A stretch of DNA of 64,000 nucleotides from Blastocystis sp. Blastoise (Eukaryota; Protista; Bigyra: Opalinata), in assembly GCA_039096225.1 (NCBI GenBank), contig JBBPEB010000026.1:434001-498000 (forward strand), read 5' to 3'. Below are positions 58,022-64,000 of the stretch, one piece after another. The notes below the pieces were generated by a model, which ran no database searches, was not told the origin of the DNA, and saw only the letters and a program-made list of their open reading frames with translations. Each line of letters opens with the position of its first letter. Within the stretch, counting starts at the first letter, position 1. The position numbers and the translations under genes were made by a program.

Positions 58022-58061
<40 letters not shown>

Positions 58062-58555
58062 TCTGATTTTGAAAGCATAGAAAATTATTCATTACAATAA
58101 CATCAATTTCTTCTCCATATCTATATATATATATAATAATAATAATAATAATAAGAAAACATAAAAATCATAATTATATACAAATTAATTGAATAGAGAC
58201 CAAATATTCTTGTTATATATGTATATTTATTTTGAGATATATAAATTAAATAATATTCTAATAATGACCTATATATATATATATAAACTAATTATATAAA
58301 TACAAAAACTTTCGTTTATCTGATTTTTTTATAGTTTTCACAACATAGCGATGATCACGGGAATAATAGATAAAAGCACCACTTTCTTGCATTTTTTCAT
58401 TGGAATAATGAGTAATAGCTTCTTTATATTCTTTAGCATTTATTTCATAATAAGAACGTATATATGCAAATATCTATATATAAGGGTATACTTATATATA
58501 TAGGTTAATATACTTTTGGCGCGTAATCATAAAATATAATTCTTGTGTCTGAACC

Positions 58556-58601
<46 letters not shown>

Positions 58602-60600
58602 CTTTTGTAATCTCTATTTTTTTAACTTCAGTATAATCCATATTTGAATATAAAATTCCCGCAGGAATAATTGATAAGCATGCCTTTATAATAAATAATA
58701 TATAATACTAAATTAATTTATATATATATATATATATATACATCAATTCCTTTAGCTATATAAAAAAGTAATTCATCTCGTAAAAATGACATATAATCAC
58801 GGGAATCATTTGTTTCTGAAGGCTAATAAATATAATATATAAATAATATAAATAATATAAATAATATAAATAATAACAAATATAATAACTAAAATAAATA
58901 AATAAATAAATAATAATAAATCTATACATACCTTAAAAATCCATATAGTTAAGAAATAGGTTAAAAACGTCAGAAATCCTTTTAAGCCAAGAGCCACAGA
59001 TAATAGTGTTCCAAAAGAAGCCAGTTTCTGGTAGTAATAGGGGGATAAAGGGATATTTTGAAGTTGATAAGTAGAGAATATAAATAGAAATGCTATGTAT
59101 ATATTATTATTATTATGAATACATGTATTATATTGATTATTATGAAGATATATTATTATATATATACATATAACAACCCAATAGAAAGTGAATGAACAAA
59201 TATATAACATTGTTGTATATATTGATTTAGACCAAGCCTATATATATATATATAATAATAATATATTTATATATATAATAAAAAAATATTTATATATTTA
59301 ATAAATATAATTCTATTAATATATATTTAAAAAATATAAATCTATTAATATATACTTTAATAAAATCATTACTTGTGCCTCCTTGTAAATATATAGTTCT
59401 GAAATTACATACAAACATAATTATATATAAAATAAGAAATGGAGCAAAAAAATACCAAACCATTTCTCTATATATAAAGTAGATAGAGTATATATAATAA
59501 TTCTCATTATTATAAATATAATATATCTAGTATATATAATAATATTCATTATTATAAGTATATAATATATAGAGTATATATAATAATATTTATTATTATA
59601 TATATACGTAGAGAATATATCTGTTCCTGTATTAAACCAACATATGCCCATGGGTGATAAATGAGTATCGTGCGATGACCATAGTACGGAAGATCCGATG
59701 ACGCAGCTTCCGAGCACGAGGAGGGGGATCTCACTGAGGGATATATGAGGGATTTAATAGAATAATAATGATAATATATATAGAATAATAATAATAACAT
59801 ATTAAATAGAATAAAATATATATAATATAATATAATAGAATAAAATATATATAATAATATATTATATAATCTAATATATATAATATAATAGAATAGAATA
59901 AAAAATATATAATATAATATATAAAATCTCTATATACACTTTGAGTACATGTTTTGAGTTAATAAATGGATTTCGAAGTGTTAAAACTAGATCTATACTT
60001 AGACATAAAAATGCGAATTCAGACCCAAATAATGACGTATGTGCAAAGAAGGAATACCATTGAACTATAAAGAATATAATAATTATAATAATTATAATAA
60101 TATGTTTTAAAAAATAAATTTTTTTATTATATAATATATATTAATATAAATAAAAAAAATAATATAATAATAATATAAATATTAAAAAATATATAATAAA
60201 TATAATAATAATATAAATATTAAAAAATAAGCAATATACATGATCCTGAACATCCACTTTCTAAACATCCTGGTGTAAATATAGAAGCAAGAGACATTAA
60301 AGACCAAAGTAAATCATATATTCTATAAATAATAAAGGTAATACGAATATAGAGAATAAAAAAAAAAGAAAAATAATTAAAAATAAAATAGAAATACGAT
60401 CGACAAAAAACGAGTGAATCGTTATATGAGTACACTGAAGGTTTCATCCAAACCCTGAACAGAACTACAATAGCAGAGACGACACTTACAATGCTAGAAA
60501 ACGTAAAATAAAATAAGAAAAACAAAATGAACTATAGATACTTTGTAGCCATTATCAGTGAATACTGAAAGTCTGAAACACTATAAATATCTGTACTCAT
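56321..60600 (-). CDS. GPCR-PIPK fusion: 7TM receptor domain, LRx9GI linker, phosphatidylinositol-phosphate kinase; about 24 exons
   Basis: One continuous hand-spliced frame: TM region with [14 protein letters not shown] and GICWF, linker [13 protein letters not shown] (about 58780-58745), then DYAPK|[28 protein letters not shown]|GS, MDYSLLV|[28 protein letters not shown] at 56321. Confidence 0.88.
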
Positions 60601-61824
60601 ATTGCTATTTTCTGTTCCTATTTATTATATATATCGATAAAACAAATGAATCATCTAAACACGTACACTTTTTTTTATAAGTTTATTTTCATAAGCAAAC
60701 AGAAGCAACAAGGAATGTATCAATTAATATAAATAGTTTTTTAAATTCAAGCAATTACAACGAAACACAATAGACGATGAAATGTTTAAAGAAAAATTGA
60801 CCGTTGAAATAATTATGGGACTTCTCCTTTTTAAAGGCATGAAATGATTTTTCTAGTTAGATAAAAATTCAAAAAATTGTATTCTTTTTTATTTTTGAAT
60901 TGATGCCAGTTTGTTTTGAAATCACATTTTATCTATGATGTATACTATATTATAGATTCACTCTAACCAAATCAAATGCAAATAAACTCTAATACTAAGA
61001 TTTCAATTTAATTAGTTGCTAAAGTTGTAGTTGTGACTGTTTGATTGAACTGACGATTTCATAAAAAATGTTTTATTTTGCTATAGATATATAAATTTTT
61101 CTAAATATATATATATTTTTTTAAAATTTATCGTTTTCTTTTGCTTAAATTGAATTTATAAGGAATTCCAAAAGACTTTGTTATCATTCACATAACCATT
61201 TATATCTATACATTATTTATAAAACACCTATTCATTTCTTGGCGGCAAATTCCTATTTTTTTTTAATACTATGTTTTTTCATCTTTCAATGAATCATAAA
61301 CGATTATTTAATGATTTGAAACATAATGTAAGTATTTTTAATCCATATCATAACACATTATTGGTATTTTTGTTATTTTATTCGATAGTCTTAAATTTCT
61401 AAGTATTAATTTATGAATTATCAATCTTTATAGCTAATTATTCTTCAATATTAAATCAAAACTACATAAATTTTTTAAACAACACATTTCATTTTTTGAA
61501 TTATTCTCCTCTAAAACACTCTAATGAACATTTCCAATAATATTTGAGAAAACTAAAGTTACTAATCAATAAACCATTCAGATATAAACAAATAAATAAA
61601 TAAATCCAGTCAATTTCAGTGAAAACTGATTTCATATTAATTCAAAAAAATTCCTCAATCCGTTTCGTTTTTCCTATAACCGTGGTTATTCCTTACTTCC
61701 AGTTGCATTTTATTCAATACTTTTTGTTTCTATATTAATTTGTTGTGTTTCTACAGTAAGTAATAAGAAATTTCGTTATTTATCTGTTATTTGAGTGAAT
61801 CATGATTATATTTATATCTAGGAA

Positions 61825-64000
61825 ATGTCTTCAAACAAAAATAATAAGGAAACTAAAGAACAACAAGAATCTATCTTGACTCCTATTTCTTTTGCTGTCA
61901 GTGAACAAGGAGATTACTTGGATAAATCTGATAACCCATTAACTTCTATCAACGAATATATAATTCTTGGAGGAATCTGCATTTTTTCTTTCCTTATTCG
62001 TTTATTTGCTATCGTCAGATTTGAGAGTGTATTTATATTATCCTATACTATTTATATTTAAATAATTATGTATTATACACTTTATTCTTAGAATTGTTAT
62101 CTTTTTCTTTGTATATCTTTTTTTTAGTAATTTTATTTTATTATAGGTCATTCATGAATATGATCCATGGTTTAATTACAGAGCTTCCAAGTACTTTTCT
62201 TGGGCTGGTCCTTATGACTTTTTAAATTGGTTTGATGATCGTTCTTGGTATCCCCTTGGTCGTATTGTAGGAGGTACTGTTTATCCTGGAATGATGGTTA
62301 CTTCTGCTATTATTCATTATGTCTTAAATCTTTTATCATTTACTATTCAAGTTCGTAATGTATGTGTTTTCTTAGCTCCTATTTTTGCTTGTGCTACTTG
62401 TATTGCTACATTCTTACTAACCAGAGAAGTATATATAATTTATATATATTTATATTTAATTGTAATTTTTTTTTATTAAATTCTATTTATTATCATAATA
62501 TTCATATAGACTTCTCGTAGAACTTCTACTGCTTTATTAGCAGCTGCTTTTGTTGGTTTAGTTCCTTCTTATATTTCTCGTTCTGTTGGTGGTTCTTATG
62601 ATTATGAAGCTGTTGCTATTTTTGCTATGTTATTCACTTTCTATTTATGGGTTAAAGTAAATCTATTTATTATTATTATTTATTATTATTATTAATTTTT
62701 TTTATTTTGATATATATAATAATAATTATTATTATTATATATATAGTCTGTGAATACTGGTTCTTTATTAGTATCTGCTTGTTGTGCTCTTTCCTATTTC
62801 TATATGGTTTCCTCTTGGGGTGGTTATGTATTTATTATTAATATTATTCCTATCTATGTAGCTCTTATGGTCCTTATACGTATATATTTATATTTATTAT
62901 ATATTATTATATATTATATTATTATATATTATTATATTATTATATATTATTATATTTATTATATTTATTATATTTATTATATTTATTATATATTATTATA
63001 TATTATTATATTATATAATATAGGTCGTTATAGTCAAAGATTATATATTGCTTATACTACTTTTTATATTCTCGGATCTATTCTTGCCATGCAAGTTCCT
63101 TTTGTTGGTTTTAACGTAGTGAAACAGGCTGAATGTATTTTAAGTCATGGTGTATTTATTGGTCTTCAATGTATATATTATTATTATTATCATATTTATT
63201 ATATTATATTATATTTATTATATTTATATTATATTCATTATATATAATATATACTATATATATATACTCTATAGTCTATGCTATATTAACTTTTGCATAT
63301 GATCGTCTTCCTCTTAAATATTATAAGCGTCTTCTTATAATTATATTCTCTATCTTAGTCTTCCTTATTATTTCTCTTGTTCTTATTCAAATATTTGGGT
63401 ATTCATTCATATATATATATATATAATAATTATTACTATTATTATCATTGATATATTCTAAATATTTATTATTATTCTTTATATTCAATAAATAAATAAT
63501 TATATATATATATATAGTATTACTCGTTGGACAGGTCGTTCATTAACTTTATTAGATCCTACATATGCTACTAAATATATACCTATTATTGCTTCTGTCT
63601 CCGAACATCAACCTACTACGTGGACATCATTCTTCTTTGATTTACAAGTTTTAGTTCCTCTTGCACCTGTTGGATTATTCTTATTATTTAAAGATTTATC
63701 AGATGGAAGAATATTTATTATTATTTATGGTACTTTCTCATGGTATTTTGCAGGTATATATTCTTTATATTTTACTGTTATACTTATTATTATTATTAAT
63801 ATATATTATATATATATTTTATATATTATATTGAGTATACTTATTATACTTATTATACTTATTATATAGGTGTTATGGTTCGTTTGATGTTACCATTAGC
63901 TCCAGTTGTGTGTATTCTTGCTGCTGAAGGTTTTTCAGCTCTTTTAAGACGTTATATCGCTGTATTAAAACATAGTGGAAAGAAAGTAAATGAAAATGAT
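61825..64000 (+). CDS. STT3: Oligosaccharyltransferase catalytic subunit STT3 (runs off the window)
   Basis: [10 protein letters not shown]|[74 protein letters not shown]|GVMVRL. Confidence 0.97.

Overview
Very AT-rich (about 20% GC by eye), intron-dense eukaryotic nuclear DNA from a protist. The gene content (GPCR-PIPK fusion, BTB-like/TLDc protein, GT61 and GT2-like glycosyltransferases) suggests a stramenopile, possibly an AT-rich Blastocystis-like lineage; this is inference only. Bases 1-5464 are a stack of nested or rearranged copies of a 1.2-kb non-autonomous DNA transposon with 26-bp hAT-like TIRs. The stack ends 200 bp before a tRNA-Asn(GTT). About 12 protein genes follow, mostly spliced and so poorly shown by the ORF track: a PIN/asteroid-like protein, a UBR1-type N-recognin, TM9SF, SKI2, an intronless GT2-like enzyme, a KilA-N-like protein, a TLDc protein, GT61, an HTH/Myb-like protein, NOP16, a 7TM-PIP kinase fusion and a partial STT3. 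Three signals stand out. (1) A dispersed GC-rich motif, consensus about AATAACCRCGGGRA (core CCGCGG/CCACGG), occurs far above expectation on both strands and in all reading frames, overriding codon bias, much like a bacterial DUS or HIP1. (2) Some spliceosomal introns consist solely of G(TA)nG, with no branch consensus or pyrimidine tract. (3) The transposon stack appears self-targeting. Exon boundaries and counts were read by hand and may be off by a few bases.
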